A stretch of DNA of 64,000 nucleotides from Octopus vulgaris (Eukaryota). The translations under genes and the position numbers were made by a program. Of the stretch, positions 25,313 through 38,673 are shown piece by piece. A model generated the notes under the pieces. The model was not told the DNA's origin. It worked only from the letters and a program-made list of their open reading frames with translations, and ran no database searches. Within the stretch, counting starts at the first letter, position 1. Each line of letters begins with the position of its first letter. The stretch covers positions 194,432,001 to 194,496,000 of the forward strand of contig OX597814.1 of NCBI GenBank assembly GCA_951406725.2, read 5' to 3'.

Positions 25313-25371
<59 letters not shown>
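25057..25371 (+). mobile_element. RTE LINE 3'-end copy with long (GAT)n tail
   Basis: Matches 17870-18163. Further copies at about 26664-27120(-), 30966-31280(-), 37285-37623(+), 52270-52648(+), 55831-56215(-), 56688-56913(+) and 60432-61025(-). Confidence 0.9.
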
Positions 25372-25373
<2 letters not shown>

Positions 25374-26557
25374 GTTTTGAATTAATCATGCATTCTCTCA
25401 TAGCTTTGAGATTTCAAAGATGTGATTGTTTATTTTAGAGTGATATTGTAGGGTAGGTATGAGAGACTGGATCTGACCAGTTTGAATATAAAACAGTTAG
25501 AATATTTTGGCCGGATATGGTCAGTTTAAATGCTAAATGGATAATCAAATGGTTTTGCTTTGGGTGAAAGCATTAAATTTCAGAGACTTTAACCCAATAT
25601 TCTATTCAGTCAACCATTTCACCACAAGATGTTGATTTTCTTAGATTAGCCTAAGACACTATTGTTGTAGTTGTCCTTGATTTGATGGTTAGACCCAGAC
25701 CAGCCAGGATTAAGCAGATATCTGTGATCAAAAACATTCCAATCTTGACCATATTTAATATATGCTTGAGAGAAGTTGGCAATCTGGAGAGCTGCACCAA
25801 GCTCAAGCTGAATGCCCTTCCCAACACCAACTGCTTTACAGAGTGTTCTGGGTGCTTTTTACATGGCACCAGCATGGGAATATATATAGAAACTATATAA
25901 AAATGAAGTTAAGAGAATGTATAAAGAAGGGAAGAGATTGTTATATTTAATATATGCTTTATTGCAAGGCACCGAGCTGGCAGAATCGTTAATGCGCTGG
26001 ACAAAATACTTAGCGGTATTTCACCCATCACTACATTCTGAGTTCAAATTCCACCGAGGTCAACTTTGCCTTTCATCCTTTTGGGGTCAAAAATTAAGTA
26101 CCAGTGGAAAACTGGGGTTGATGTAATCAACTAGTCCCCTCCCTCAGAATTTCAGGCCTTGTGCCTCCAGTAGAAAGGAATATATGCTTTATTGCATTAA
26201 AACAAATTTTCCTGAATATACATTGCCAAAATTGGTGTGCATCTAATATGTTTGTGTGTCTTTTTTACCATCAACTATGGGACTCATGTATATGTAGTGT
26301 ATTGAGTGGTAAGAACTTTACTTGCCAACCACATGGTTTCTAGTTCAGTCCCACTGTATGGAACCTTGGGCAAATGTCTTCTACTATAACCTCAGCCTAA
26401 CCAAATCCTTGTGAGTGGATTTGGTAGATGGAAACTGAGTGTACATCTTATGTTTGTACTGTCCCCCACCCCACCCCACCATTTGTTTATGTCATTATAA
26501 CTTAGTAGTTCACCAAAAAGAGACTGATAGAATAAGAACCAGGTTTAGAAAAATAAA

Positions 26558-26640
<83 letters not shown>

Positions 26641-28071
26641 TTACATATATATATATTATCCTCATCACCATCATCATCGTTTAACGTCCACTTTCCATGC
26701 TGGCATGGGTTGGACGGTTTGACTGAGGACTGGCAAACCAGATGGCTGCCCCAGGCTCCAATCTTGATCCGGCAGAGTTTCTACAGCTGGATGCCCTTCC
26801 TAACGCCAACCACTCCAAGAGTGTAGTGGGTGCTTTTATGTGTCACTGGCACAAGGGCCAGTCAGACGGTACTGGCAACAGCCATGCTCAAAAGGTGTTT
26901 TTTACATGCCACCTGCACAGGAGCCAGTCCAGTGGCACTGGCAACGACCTTGCTCGAATGTTGTCTTTCATGTGCCACCAGCACAAGTGCTAGTAAGGTG
27001 ACACTGGTAATGATCAAACTCAAATGGTGCTTTTTACGTGCCACCTGTACAGGAGCCCTGGCAATGATCACGCTCAGAAGATGCTCTTAGCGCTCCGCTA
27101 GCACAGATGCCAGTCAAGCAGTGCTATATATATGTGTGTGTGTGTGTGTATAATTATGTATCATGAAATTAGCATTAGCTTATCTTACTCTTTCTTGCAG
27201 TAGGACCCTTTTGTGGAACCCTAGAGTTCCAGGGAACCCTGGTCGAGAAACACTGCTCTAGAATATAATATGCATGGAAAAAAAAGAAAAAGAGGAGATT
27301 GTCACAACTAGAAGATAGGCCACGACTTGAATTATAGGTTAACTCAATTACAGCTGACACTAGGCTAAACAACAGCAGCAGCAGGAGTAGGAGTAGGAGG
27401 AAAAAGAACAAGGAGAGAGAGAAGGAGAAGGGCATGGATTTATGTGTTGTACCAAGTCGTTTGCCTGAGCACCTAAATGCCATCAGTCTGTCTGATCACG
27501 GCTGACCTGGGGCTACACAACAGCAACGATACTACAACCATCACCACCACCACCACCAGTACTACTACTACTACTGCTGCTTCACCTACTATCACGATTT
27601 CATCTTACCAGATTATCTTTACAACTAATAAGGATTTAAAAAGTGCATTCAGCTTCTCTGTTGTCATAACACTTAACATGTGATTATTACTTTTAGATGA
27701 TTTAATTAATCTATTGATTAACTAAACACTATAAATAGCTGTGCTAAATGATATCCAAGGATCGATTTTTTTTTTAATTATTTAATCGTTAGAAAATGAC
27801 GGAGAGTTGAATTATTAAAGCGTCAGACAAAAATTACTTGCAGAAGTATCTAGGTTTGTCCCTTTATGGTCTGGGTTCAAATTCCACCCAGGTCCATTTT
27901 ACTTTCCATCTTTATTGACCTGATAAATAATTTGCTTGTCAGCATTTTGTGTTGTTTTTTTTTTTAAACATGGTTTGAGCGGATTGTGCATAATTTGATG
28001 ACGAAAAACGGATTTGAAAGCTTTGCTGATGTGGTTGGTAGAATGATATATATAGGATGATATATATATAT

Positions 28072-28480
28072 AGGCATAGGAGTGGCTGTGTGGTAAGTAG
28101 ATTGCTTACCAACCACATAGTTCCCAGTTCAGTCCCACTGCGTGGCACCTTGGGCAAGTGTCTTCTACTATAGCCTCAGGCTGACCAAAGCCTTGTGAGT
28201 GGATTTGGCAGACAGAAACTGAAAGAAGCCCATCGTATATATGTATATATGTGTGTATGTTTGTGTGTCAGTGTTTGTCCCCCCAACATCACTTGACAAC
28301 TGATGCTGGTGTATTTACGTCCCCGTAACTTAGCAGTTCAGCAAAAGAGACCGATAGAATAAGTACTAAGCTTACAAAGAATAAGTCCTGGAGTCGATTT
28401 GCTCGACTAAAGGCGGTGCTCCAGCATGGCCACAGTCAAATGACTGAAACAAGTAAAAGAGAGTAAAAGAGTAAAGAGTA
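28072..28480 (+). mobile_element. SINE family A, full length
   Basis: Full consensus with (AAGAGT)n tail. Confidence 0.9.
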
Positions 28481-28644
28481 AAGAGTAGGAGCAGAATGAG
28501 ACAATTGGGCACAGCTGTTTGGATGCTGACAATATGGCATGGCTTACTAGGCATTTTAGCCATGGCTCTTTTGGTTACTATACTTTTTGGCACTGAAAGC
28601 AAATACACACACACACACACACATACAGAAATATACACATAGTG

Positions 28645-28876
28645 TCGAGCTAGTAGAAACATTAGCATGCCGGGAGAAATGCTAAGTGGTATTTCATCTG
28701 CTGCTACGTTCTGAGTTCAAATTCCGCCGAGGTCGACTTTGTCTTTCATCCTTTCGGGGTCAATTAAATAAGTACCAGTTACACACTGAGGTCGATGTAA
28801 TCGACTTAATCCGTTTGTCTGTTCTTGTTTGTCCCCTCTGTGTTTAGCCCCTTGTGGGCAATAAAGAAATAAGAAA
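28645..28876 (+). mobile_element. SINE family B, monomer
   Basis: Matches the 9034 element. Another copy at about 31920-32150(-). Confidence 0.85.
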
Positions 28877-30175
28877 TATGCACATAGAATTGACATAGAC
28901 ACTTTTCCTCTGCTCATTCACACAAAGAGAAATAAACAGAGAGAGCAAAATGAGGAAAACATTAAAAGGTCTGATGTCAAATAAGTTAGCATTGAATCAG
29001 TGATGCCAAACTGACAGAACCAAAACAGCTGTGCCAAAACGTCTCACACCCATCTGGCAGCATTGTTTGTTATTAAAGGCATTGTGTGTTTTCTATGTCA
29101 GGTTTGCAAATAATTCATGTGCAGGTCTGAACCCATGTTGGGATTTGGAGAGTGGAAATGTGTGAATGAGGAAAATCCGACATTAACATTCCAGAATTTT
29201 TTAGGATGTATACAGGAGGAAAATGCATCTCTGTGATGTTCTTCGTTTAGGTTACTTCATTTGGGCCTTTGTTGGGCTTTTAGAATTGTTACCATTTTAC
29301 TCTGCTTCTAGATTCTGGGAATTGAGAGTGTTGGTAGAAGATACATGTAAATGTTGGTGAGTACAAGGATTCCTTCAGGTCCTAAGATATATATTTTTTT
29401 TATTTTGTCTGTCACTGAGTATCTTGAAGTTTAGATTTCTCTATTGGCTTACGTGTTCAAGGAAAAGAAGAGATCAAAATTGTAGTCTAGGTAGAAGGTA
29501 ATTATATATATTAAATATATATTTATATAATTAAAATTAAATAAGGGTAGAAATTGATATTAATCAATTAAAACCAGTGGCCTAGCATATTTTTAAAAAT
29601 TCCGAAGATTAAAAATTTTTTTACATACAAAATTTAGAGGACTGACCACTAAAAAAAAATGGACAGCATATATGCTAGATATAGACATCAAAATCGCCAT
29701 TTTCCACGAAGAATGTGTTCTCAAGAAAAAATTCAGCAAAAAACCAAAGTGTAATAATTATGTATATCGTTTTGTGTTTAATTATTCATAGGCATAGGAG
29801 TGGCTGTGTGGCAAGTAGCTTGTTTACCAACCACATGGCTCTAGGTTTAGTCCCACTGCGTGGCACCTTGGGCAAGTGTCTTCTACTATAGCCTCGGGCT
29901 GACCAAAGCCTTGTGAGTGGATTTGGTAGACGGAAACTGAAAGAAGCCTGACATATATATGTATGTGTGTGTGTGTATGTTTGGCATGATTTTTTTGTGG
30001 CAGATTTCAGAATCATGTGATGTGAAGTTCATGGGACTATTGTTACTGTTGTTGTTGTGGTTTGCCACTTTTCACAGAGTGTTTGGGCTAAATTTGACTG
30101 TTTAAAAGGAAAAGAAAACATATCCCATTCACAGATAAAAGTTTTTTAGAAACTCAAAAAATATCAATTAGATTA

Positions 30176-30622
30176 TGTGTGTGTATATGGGTGTCTGTAT
30201 GTAGGTATGAGTGTGTATGTAGTTATATGTGTGTGTGTGTGCGTATCTATATAGATGTATGTGTATGTGTCTGTATGTGTGTATCTGTATATGTGTGCAT
30301 GTATTTGCATGTGTATCTGCATGTATGTATATGTGTGTGTATGTATGTAGGTATGAGTGTGTATGTGTCTGTATATGTATGATTGTGTGTATGTATGTAT
30401 GTATGTATGTATGTATGCATGTATGCATGTATGTATGTATGTATGTATGTATGTATGTATGTGTGTGTGTGTGTGTGTGCATGTTTGTGTTTGTATGTAT
30501 ATGTGTGTGTATGAGTGTGTGTGAGAGTGTATGCTTGCATGTGTTTGTCTGCATGTATGTGTGTGTATGTGTGTATATGTATGTGTGTGAATGCGTATGT
30601 GTGAATGTGTGTATGTATATAT
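30176..30622. repeat. Degenerate (TG)n/(TATG)n microsatellite
   Basis: Directly visible. Confidence 0.95.
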
Positions 30623-32492
30623 ATTTTCTGTGGTCCCTCACTTCAACCTGTTTCGCTATCTGTTGTGCTTCTGTTTCTAATCCTTTAGGATTTTCCTCTG
30701 AGTGTTATCCACACTTTAATCTCTGTCCAGCTCTAAGGCTGTATCCTATTTATTTATCTTATCCTCATCCTCTCAGCCATTCATTAATGGTCCCGCCTTG
30801 AACTACATTTATTCATGTTCATATACTCTTTACTCTTTTACTCTTTTACTTGTTTCAGTAATTTGACTGTGGCCATGCTTTTGCGTTGCATGTCTATCCA
30901 TTTATTGTTTGTCCATTCTTGCTATGTTTTTGTTCCGTTTCCCAGCAGCTTTTCTTCTTGCTGGCACCATCACCATCACCATCATCATCATCATTATCAT
31001 CATCATCATCATCATCATCGTTTAACGTCTGTTTTCCATGCCGGCATGGGTTGGACAATTCAACTGGGGTCTGGGAAGCCAAGAGGCTGCACCAGGCTCC
31101 AATCTGATCTGGCAGCGTTTCTACAGCTGGATGCCCTTCCTAACGCCAATCAATCCAAGAGTGTAGTGGGTGCTTTTTACATGGCACAGGGGCCAGAGGA
31201 GCTGGCATTGACCATGATCGGATGGTGCTTTTTACATGCCACCGGCATGAAAGCCAGTCAAAGTGGCACTGGCATCGGCCAAAATCAATATTATCGTTAA
31301 AGGCACAAAATTGTGTTTGACCCTCAACTGATGAGGAGTTCATGACCTTCTGTGTCTGTTTTACATTTGTTTATGTATTTATTATATGTTTTTTACCTTA
31401 TTTATTTACGTACATCGTAATTTCACACATAGCATCTATAAAAGCTAAATTTATAAGTTCAAAAATTGTGCATATTTATTGCAAATGCCCATTAGGTTTG
31501 ACTATCAAAGGCTCTCAACTCATCTAGCTAAGCAGGGTCTAACTCAGAAAATTGAGCAACATGGTTAAACAGTCTGAACGAGTGCTCCCAAATTGTGTTG
31601 GTTGACCTCATGCTACATGGTTACGGAAGATGAGAAGGTATCACACGGAGATGGGGACTGACAGGGATTCTGCTTAACAGGCCGTCTGGGTGGATCCAGG
31701 AAAATATCAACAAATGGTGAATGCAGCAATGTGCTGCAACTGTGCATGCCTCTGCATCTGACCTGACCTCATTATGAATTCATAGTGAACCAAGAGGAAA
31801 GTGTCATATTTGTATGGCCAATGTAACAGAATCATTAAGTTTACAGCTGTCATGTTTGCAGTCAAACTCGACAATCAGTCTCCTCATTATTACTGACATG
31901 GTTGGAGCTTTCTTATTTCTTATTTCTTTATTGCCCACAAGGGGCTAAACATAGAGGGGACAAACAAGGAAAGACAAACGGATTAAGTCGATTACATCGA
32001 CCCCAGTGTTTAACTGGTACTTAATTTATCGACCCCGAAAGGATGAAAGGCAAAGTCGACCTCGGCGGAATTTGAACTCAGAGCGTAACGGCAGACTAAA
32101 TACTGCTAAGTATTTCGCCCGACGTGCTAACATTTCTGCCAACTCACTGCCTTTTGTAGCTTTCTGGCTTGTGGTTTCTTCATAATGAGATTTTTTTTAA
32201 TTGTAGGTATAAAAATCATGCTAAAACTAACCTCACCTGTGTTAGTGCCACATAAAAAGCACTGAGTCCACTCTGCAAAGTAGTTGGTGTTAGGAAGGGC
32301 ATCCAGCTGTAAAAATCCTGCCAAAACAGACACAGTAGCTCGAGGTAGTTTTCAACTTGGCCGGCTCCTGTCAACAGTCTTACCCATGCATGCATGGAAG
32401 ATGGACATTAAACAAAGATGATGTATTCTGGGTACAATCTCTCCCCTTCTCTATGCATTCTCTCAACTTCATTTTTATATAGTTTCTATATA

Positions 32493-33004
32493 CAGTAAAT
32501 CCTCGAGTATAGTCCACCCCTGCGTATAATATGCAGGGGATTTTTAGGGGGCTGTACCTCTGAAAAACCTAAACCCTGTGTATAATACGCACTCCTTCTC
32601 TAACTTGAGTCAAGGAGGTCTATATAACGTCCTTGGTTTGTAAAACTGTATACAGTAATGTCCTTTATTATTATTGTATATATAACATAATGCAAACGTG
32701 TAGCTTTTTTGTGCATTTTGTTTGCAGAAAATAAAGAAATAACAGTAATAACGTTTAATAAATGTTGCTTACTGCAAGTTATGGATGATTCTTTTATGAC
32801 TTCATTGCTTTCAGGCTTAGCTTAAGATATTTTCGTGCCCGACATCACAAAATGCGTCTGAATAAACATTGCCGGACAGCAAATAGAGAATCGGACATTG
32901 CTTAGAAAATATTTTTCATTTTTAACCTCGTATATAGTATGCACGAGCGATTTTGACCTTTAAATTTTGGGGGAAAAATGCGGATTATACTCGAGGATTT
33001 ACAG
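32493..33004. mobile_element. Tc1/mariner-superfamily MITE
   Basis: TIRs cagtaaatcctcgagtata / tatactcgaggatttacag with TA on both sides. Partial inverted copy at about 46642-46972. Confidence 0.85.
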
Positions 33005-33697
33005 TATATTTCCATGCTGGTGCCAGAACACTCTGTAAAGCGGTTGGTGTTGGGAAGGGCATCCAGCTATAGGAACCCTGCCAAGGCAAACAACTGGAGC
33101 TTGGTGCAGCTCTCCAGCTTGCCAACTCCTGTCAAGCCATCCAACCCATACCAACACAGAAAACAGAGTTTAAATGATGTTCTCTTCTCTATTTCTCTGT
33201 GATTTATCCCTTTAGCATTTAAACCGGTCATATCCGGCCAAAAGTATTCTACATGTTTTATGTTCAAACTGGCCAGATCTAGTCTTTCACACCAACCCTA
33301 CTATATAATTCTAAAAATTAACAGCTACCTCATCAAAATCTCATAGGTATGAGATAATGCATGATTAGTTCAAAACAATGAGGATAAAAAAGCATTAATT
33401 TTGGCAGAATAATGCGAACACTAAAGGGTTAAGCCAGCTTTATCCACCTTAAATATTCTACTTGCTTTACATTCAAACTGCCACATCCAGTCTTTCAAAC
33501 CTATCCTACAATGTCATTTCAAAAATAAACAATCACATCATTGAAATCTCAAATCTACAAGCTGATGCATTACTAATTCAAAACAAGGTGAATAAATAAG
33601 TTTCACATTTGACAAAGTCATCCAAATGCCAAAGGGTTCAAGAAATCTTTCCTCTTTCTTTTCCAGATTATTCTTTCCTGCCTGAAACAATTCCAAG

Positions 33698-33752
33698 ATG
33701 GCCAATCCAAAATCATGGGGTCAGTCATTTGAGTTTCTCATCAGAAGTGAAG
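33698..33752 (+). CDS. RGS gene A, exon encoding the start of the RGS box (MANPKSWGQSFEFLIRSE)
   Basis: W..SF..LI motif of RGS helix 1/2. Acceptor AGs at 33665-33666 and 33696-33697. The phase-1 GTAAGG donor at 33753 joins in frame to the 35650 exon. Confidence 0.88.
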
Positions 33753-34026
33753 GTAAGGGGACAACATATTTTGGTATTTTATTCAGTTGTTTTTAGTGCA
33801 CCCATGCTGCTGGCATGCAAAGAACACCTTTCAAGCCTTGGGCCTCACAGAGGCAAAGAGGCTGAGCTTCTTTTGAGTGTTGGACCTCACGGAGGCTATG
33901 ACTGAGATCTTTGGCATTCTGTCGTGCTTGAGAAGACCCATCAAGCCAAGCAAAATCATAGTCGTGGCAGATACTAGTGTCACACAAATTGGTACACATG
34001 TCAGTGGTGCGTAAAAGCACCCCAGT

Positions 34027-34350
34027 GTTACACAAATGGCACCTGTGCTGGTGGCACGTAAAAATACCCGAGTGTTACACAAATGGCACCTGTGCTGGTG
34101 GCATGTAAAAGCACCTGAGCGTTACACAAATGGCACCTGTGCTGGTGGCACGTAAAAGCACCTGAGCGTTACACAAATGGCACCTGTGCTGGTGGCACGT
34201 AAAAGCATCTGAGTGTTACACAAATGGCACTTGTGCTGGTGGCACGTAAAAGCACCCCAGTGTTACACAAATGGCACCTGTGCTGGTTGCACGTAAAAGC
34301 ACTCCAGCGTTACACAAATGGCACCTGTGCTGGTGGCATGTAAAAGCAAC
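34027..34350 (+). repeat. 47-bp tandem array (7 units) within an RTE 3' UTR copy
   Basis: gttacacaaatggcacctgtgctggtggcacgtaaaagca... starts at 34027, 34074, 34121, 34168, 34215, 34262 and 34309. Confidence 0.95.
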
Positions 34351-34786
34351 CACTACACTCTCGGAGTGGTTGGCATTAGGAAGGGCATCCAGCTGTAGAA
34401 ATTCTGCCAGATCAGATTGGAGTGTGGTGCAGCTTTCCAGTGTGCAAGCCCAGTCAAACCATCCAACTGGGAGATAACAGTTTATTCAAAGTAGCCACCC
34501 TCAGCTCCCACCACGATCTTAAGACAACTGCAGAACTTAGTACATGCATTCGACACTGTGTCACTGTGAAGGTCTATGAACACCTTCTTGATCTTCCCCA
34601 CCAGCTCAGCCTTGGTTTTGCAGACAGAGCAGTTGGTGTCTTTCTCAATCACACCTCACACACAGTAGCCCATGGGATTACAATCAGGGGGAATTAGATT
34701 TTTAAATAGACATTTTTATATATAAGAACATACTCTTTGTTTATCTTCAACTTGTTGATATGTTTGTTCACATTAATAATAATAAT

Positions 34787-35036
34787 GAATGCACCCTTTT
34801 AAAGCCTAGCCAGGCTCATGGGCCCCGTTTCCCGGTTTCTATAGCGTATGTGTTCCCCAGCTGGACGGGACGCCAGTCCATCGCAGCGTTACTGATTTTT
34901 GCCAGCTGAGTGGACTGGAGCAACGTGAAATGAAGTGTTTTGCTCAAGAACACAACGCGTCGCCTGGTCCAGGAATCAAAACCACAATCTTACAATCATG
35001 ATGCTGACACCCTAACCACTAAGCCACATGCCTCCA
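34787..35036 (-). mobile_element. tRNA-derived SINE family D
   Basis: Head tggcttagtggttaggg, 3' block gcgatggactggcgtcccgtccag shared with family C, and TSD ttcacatta. Copies at about 51990-52240 and 58390-58615. Confidence 0.8.
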
Positions 35037-35071
35037 CTTCTTCACATTACTAACTCATTATATCCATTTAC

Positions 35072-35370
35072 GTGAAAGCACATGGCCTAGTGGTTAGAGC
35101 AGTGAACTCACGGTCGAGGGATCGTGGGTTTGAATCTCAGACCGGGCGATGTGTGAGTTTATGAGCGAAATACCTAAGCTCCACGCGGCTCCGGCAGAAG
35201 GTAATAGCAAACTTCTGCTGACTCTTTCACCACAACTTTCTCTCACTCTTTCCTCCTGCATCTAGCAGCTCACCTGCGATGGACTGTCGTCCCATCCAGG
35301 TGGGGAACCTATTCACCAAAGAAACCAGGAAACCAGCCCTTATGAGCCAGGCATGGCTCGAGAAGGAACA
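35072..35370 (+). mobile_element. tRNA-derived SINE family C variant
   Basis: tggcctagtggttagagc head and TSD tatccatttac. Copy at 57820-58128 with TSD atataaaatcat. Confidence 0.8.
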
Positions 35371-35649
35371 CTCAATATCCATTTACACTTGTTTACAACA
35401 ATCGTGTGATTAATTAGTCAAGGATTAATGCATCTGGTATGTACCATACTTGATAGCATTGTATGCACTTCTTTCTCAAAAATCACCCTTGGCCCTATTT
35501 ACAAAGTAGAGCCTCCAATAAGCTTTAAAACATTAAGTGCCTTTTCCCCTGAATATGCATTGCTGAAATTGGGGCATGTCTAATATGCCCCTGTGTCTTT
35601 TATGTCAACAAATACAGTTTACAATTTTACCGTTTTCTTTTATATCCAG

Positions 35650-35816
35650 ATGGTGTGAAACTGTTTAAGCAATATCTGAAAAGCCAATTCTGTGATGAGA
35701 ACCTGGACTTTTGGCTTGCTGTAGAGAACTTTCGAGATAATGTAGATGATGATGAACTCGCAAAGCAAGCTGGTATCATTGTGAAAACCTATGTTTCTAA
35801 AAAGGCCACCCGTGCT
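35650..35816 (+). CDS. RGS gene A, central RGS exon ([28 protein letters not shown]...KKATRA)
   Basis: Canonical F..YL.S...ENL.FW RGS signature. CAG acceptor ending at 35649 and GTAAGT donor at 35817; 167 nt. Confidence 0.95.
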
Positions 35817-36026
35817 GTAAGTATTTCTGTAGTCTTCAGTTAACTTTCTTTTAGAAGCTCTTGTAAGGAAAGTAAGCCCCTGGATATAGGTTTCTCAAGC
35901 CCTTGGCCTTATAGGGCCAGTTATCTAGTTTCTATGGCATATAAGTGACCGGATTGGCATACAAGGGTGAGAAGGTGACTCAAAATTGTATGTGTGTGCA
36001 TGTGCATGTATGTGTTCATGCATGTA

Positions 36027-36080
<54 letters not shown>

Positions 36081-36366
36081 CACGTGTGTGTGTCTTTATG
36101 TCTGTGTTTGTTTCCACCTCTGCTTGACAACCAATGTAAATGCGTTTATGTCCCTGTGACTTAGTGGTTCAGCAAAAGAGACCAATAGAATAAGTATCAA
36201 ACATTAAAAACAATTAAGTACTGGGATCAATTCATTCAACCAAAAATTCTTCAAGGTGGTGCCCCAGCATGGCCACAGTCTAATGACTGAAACAAGTAGA
36301 AGAAAGATAAAAGAAATGGCTAGATTGGCAGAATTGTAGAGTATTGGATAAAATGTTTTACAATAT

Positions 36367-36779
36367 AGGCGTAGGAGTGGCTGTGTGGTAAGTAGCTTGC
36401 TTACGAACCACATGGTTCCGGGTTCAGTCCCTCTGCGTGGCACCTTGGGCAAGTGTCTTCTACTATAGCCTCGGGCCAACCAAAGCCTTGTGAGTTGATT
36501 TGGTAGACGGAAACTGAAAGAAGCCCGTTGTATATATAGGTATATATGTGTATGTGTGTGTATATGTTTGTGTGTCTGTGTTTGTTGCCCCCAACATCGC
36601 TTGACAACCAATGCTGGTGTGTTTAAGTCAACAGTAACTTAGCGATTTGGCAAAAGAAACTGATAGAATAAGTACTAGGCTTACAAAGAATAAGTCCTGG
36701 GGTCGATATGCTTGATTAAAGGCGGTGCTCCAGCATGGCCACAGTCAAATGACTGAAACAAGTAAAAGAGTAAAGAGTA
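36367..36779 (+). mobile_element. SINE family A, full length (in an RGS gene A intron)
   Basis: Full consensus. Confidence 0.9.
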
Positions 36780-37924
36780 ATGTTTAGTAATTTCCTGAAG
36801 AAGACACTTATCTCTGTCCCTTTATTAAGCTTTAATCTTTCAACCTGCACACTGCCACCTCCTACTGTACCACTCCCTCTCCCAGCTGAGATGGTCTTTG
36901 TCTTACAAGTTACTTGGTAACCCCACTGATGCTGGTGCTACATAAAAAGCACCGGTGTTGCTGCCACATAAAAAGCAACCTGTATATTCTGTAAAATGGT
37001 TGGAGTTAGGAAAGGCATCCAGCTGTAGAAAACATGTCAAGGCAGATAACGGAGCCTGGTGCAGTTTTCTGGCTTGCCAACTCCTGTCAAACTATCCGAC
37101 CCATACCTGCATGGAAAATAGACACTAAATGATGATGATGATATAAAGTTTGGCTTTTATTCTTTTGGGGGGATGATAAAATATAAGTCAAATACTGATG
37201 TAGATAAAATTGACTAAACTGCCTCTTTTAATTCCAGACTATTTTTATTTTCTCATTCTTTTTATCTTCTCATTCCCCTCATTGTTGCCAGAGCAGCCAA
37301 CTAGCTTCTGTACCCGTGGCACGTACAAGGGCACCATTTCGAGCACGATTGTTACCAACTTCGCTTTACTGGCATGTGTAAAAAGATTTGAGCGAGGTCA
37401 TTGCCAGTACCGCCTCACTGGCCCCCGTGCTGGTGGCACGTAAAAAGCACCCACTACACTCTCGGAGTGGTTGGCATTAGGAAGGGCATCCAGCTGTAGA
37501 AACTTTGCCAGATCAAAATTGGAGCCTGGTGCAGCCATCTGGTTTGCTAGCCCTCAGTCAAAATCATCCAACCCATGCTAGCATGGAAAGCGGACGTTAA
37601 ACGATGATGATGATGATGATGATCTTTTTATCTTCTCATCTATTATCTCATTCTTTTATCATTATTTTTATCACATTATTTCATTATCATTATCTCATTC
37701 TTTTATCTTTTTATCTTCTCATTCTTCAAACTCCTGTCAAACTATCCGACCCATACCAGCATGGAAAATAGACACTAAATGATGATGATGATATAAAGTT
37801 TGGCTTTTATTCTTTTGGGGGATGATAAAATATAAGTCAAATACTGACACAGATAAAATTGACTAAATTACCTCTTCAAATTCCAGACTATTTTTAATCC
37901 TTCTAATTCTTTTTACATTTTCAG

Positions 37925-38089
37925 GTAAATCTCAAGGCCCCAAACAGAGAGAGAACCGTAAAAGCTGTTGAAGCAAATGCTCATAGAAACGTCTTTGATG
38001 ATGCCCAAAAGGAAATCTATGACTTCATGCAACGGGATCCCTATGTTCGATTTTTGAAATCTGAACAATATGCCAACGCATGTGCATAA
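37925..38089 (+). CDS. RGS gene A, terminal coding exon (VNLKAPNRE...FDDAQKEIYDFMQRDPYVRFLKSEQYANACA*)
   Basis: RGS C-terminal signature VN...FD.AQ..IY..M..D.Y.RFL.S..Y. Polypyrimidine tract and CAG acceptor, phase 0, TAA at 38087-38089. Confidence 0.95.
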   Translation, partial: VNLKAPNRERTVKAVEANAHRNVFDDAQKEIYDFMQRDPYVRFLKSEQYANACA

Positions 38090-38505
38090 GTGCTCATTTA
38101 AATTAATATACATACATATATATATATATATTCTCCCATTTCTTTGTATTTTATCAGAGTTTTATACATGTACAATTATTTTACAATAACTAGAATATCT
38201 GGTATCACAAGTTATTGAAATAATAGTGGAAATATAAGATAGAAGAGACTGGATTTAAAGAGGCATTACTAATATAACCAAAGTGCAGTCTGAAGGTGAA
38301 TTTTCTCTCTTCTGTATACACCATTGTTTTACTATATGATTGTATTGTATAATGTATGTTCATATATACTGTATATATGTATTTCTGCATCAAAGTTAAT
38401 AATTTAACTCCGAGTAAATTATGAAACAGCAGTAGATTTTACAGAAATATTAAAATTTTTTGCCTCTCACATCTGGGTTTTTTTTTTTGTGTTATACAAC
38501 ACACA

Positions 38506-38540
<35 letters not shown>

Positions 38541-38636
38541 AGATAATGGTGTCATTGAGACCCAAAGGTGTCAGGTAATGCTGAATTAAGTGCTGTAGAC
38601 AGACTATAGTTAAGTTCCAGATTCGGTAGTATTGTG

Positions 38637-38642
38637 AATAAA
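38637..38642 (+). terminator. Candidate polyadenylation signal of RGS gene A
   Basis: AATAAA about 550 nt after the stop, followed by GT-rich sequence. Confidence 0.3.
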
Positions 38643-38673
38643 GGGTTCAACATTGGTTCTATGTCAGTGTGTG

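Noticed and set aside
30168-30801. Long ORFs rich in H/T/Y/I or C/V/M/Y (also at 48-49 kb, 54 kb and 62 kb)
   Set aside because: They are translations of microsatellites.
33683-33685. In-frame TGA upstream of the RGS gene A ATG as selenocysteine or a pseudogene lesion
   Set aside because: It lies outside the RGS box and is explained by 5' UTR or intron status. No SECIS was recognised, and the downstream frame is intact.
34027-34350. CRISPR-like repeat/spacer appearance of the 47-bp array and other module arrays
   Set aside because: Eukaryotic context, no cas genes, the spacers are not unique, and the unit is part of the LINE 3' UTR.
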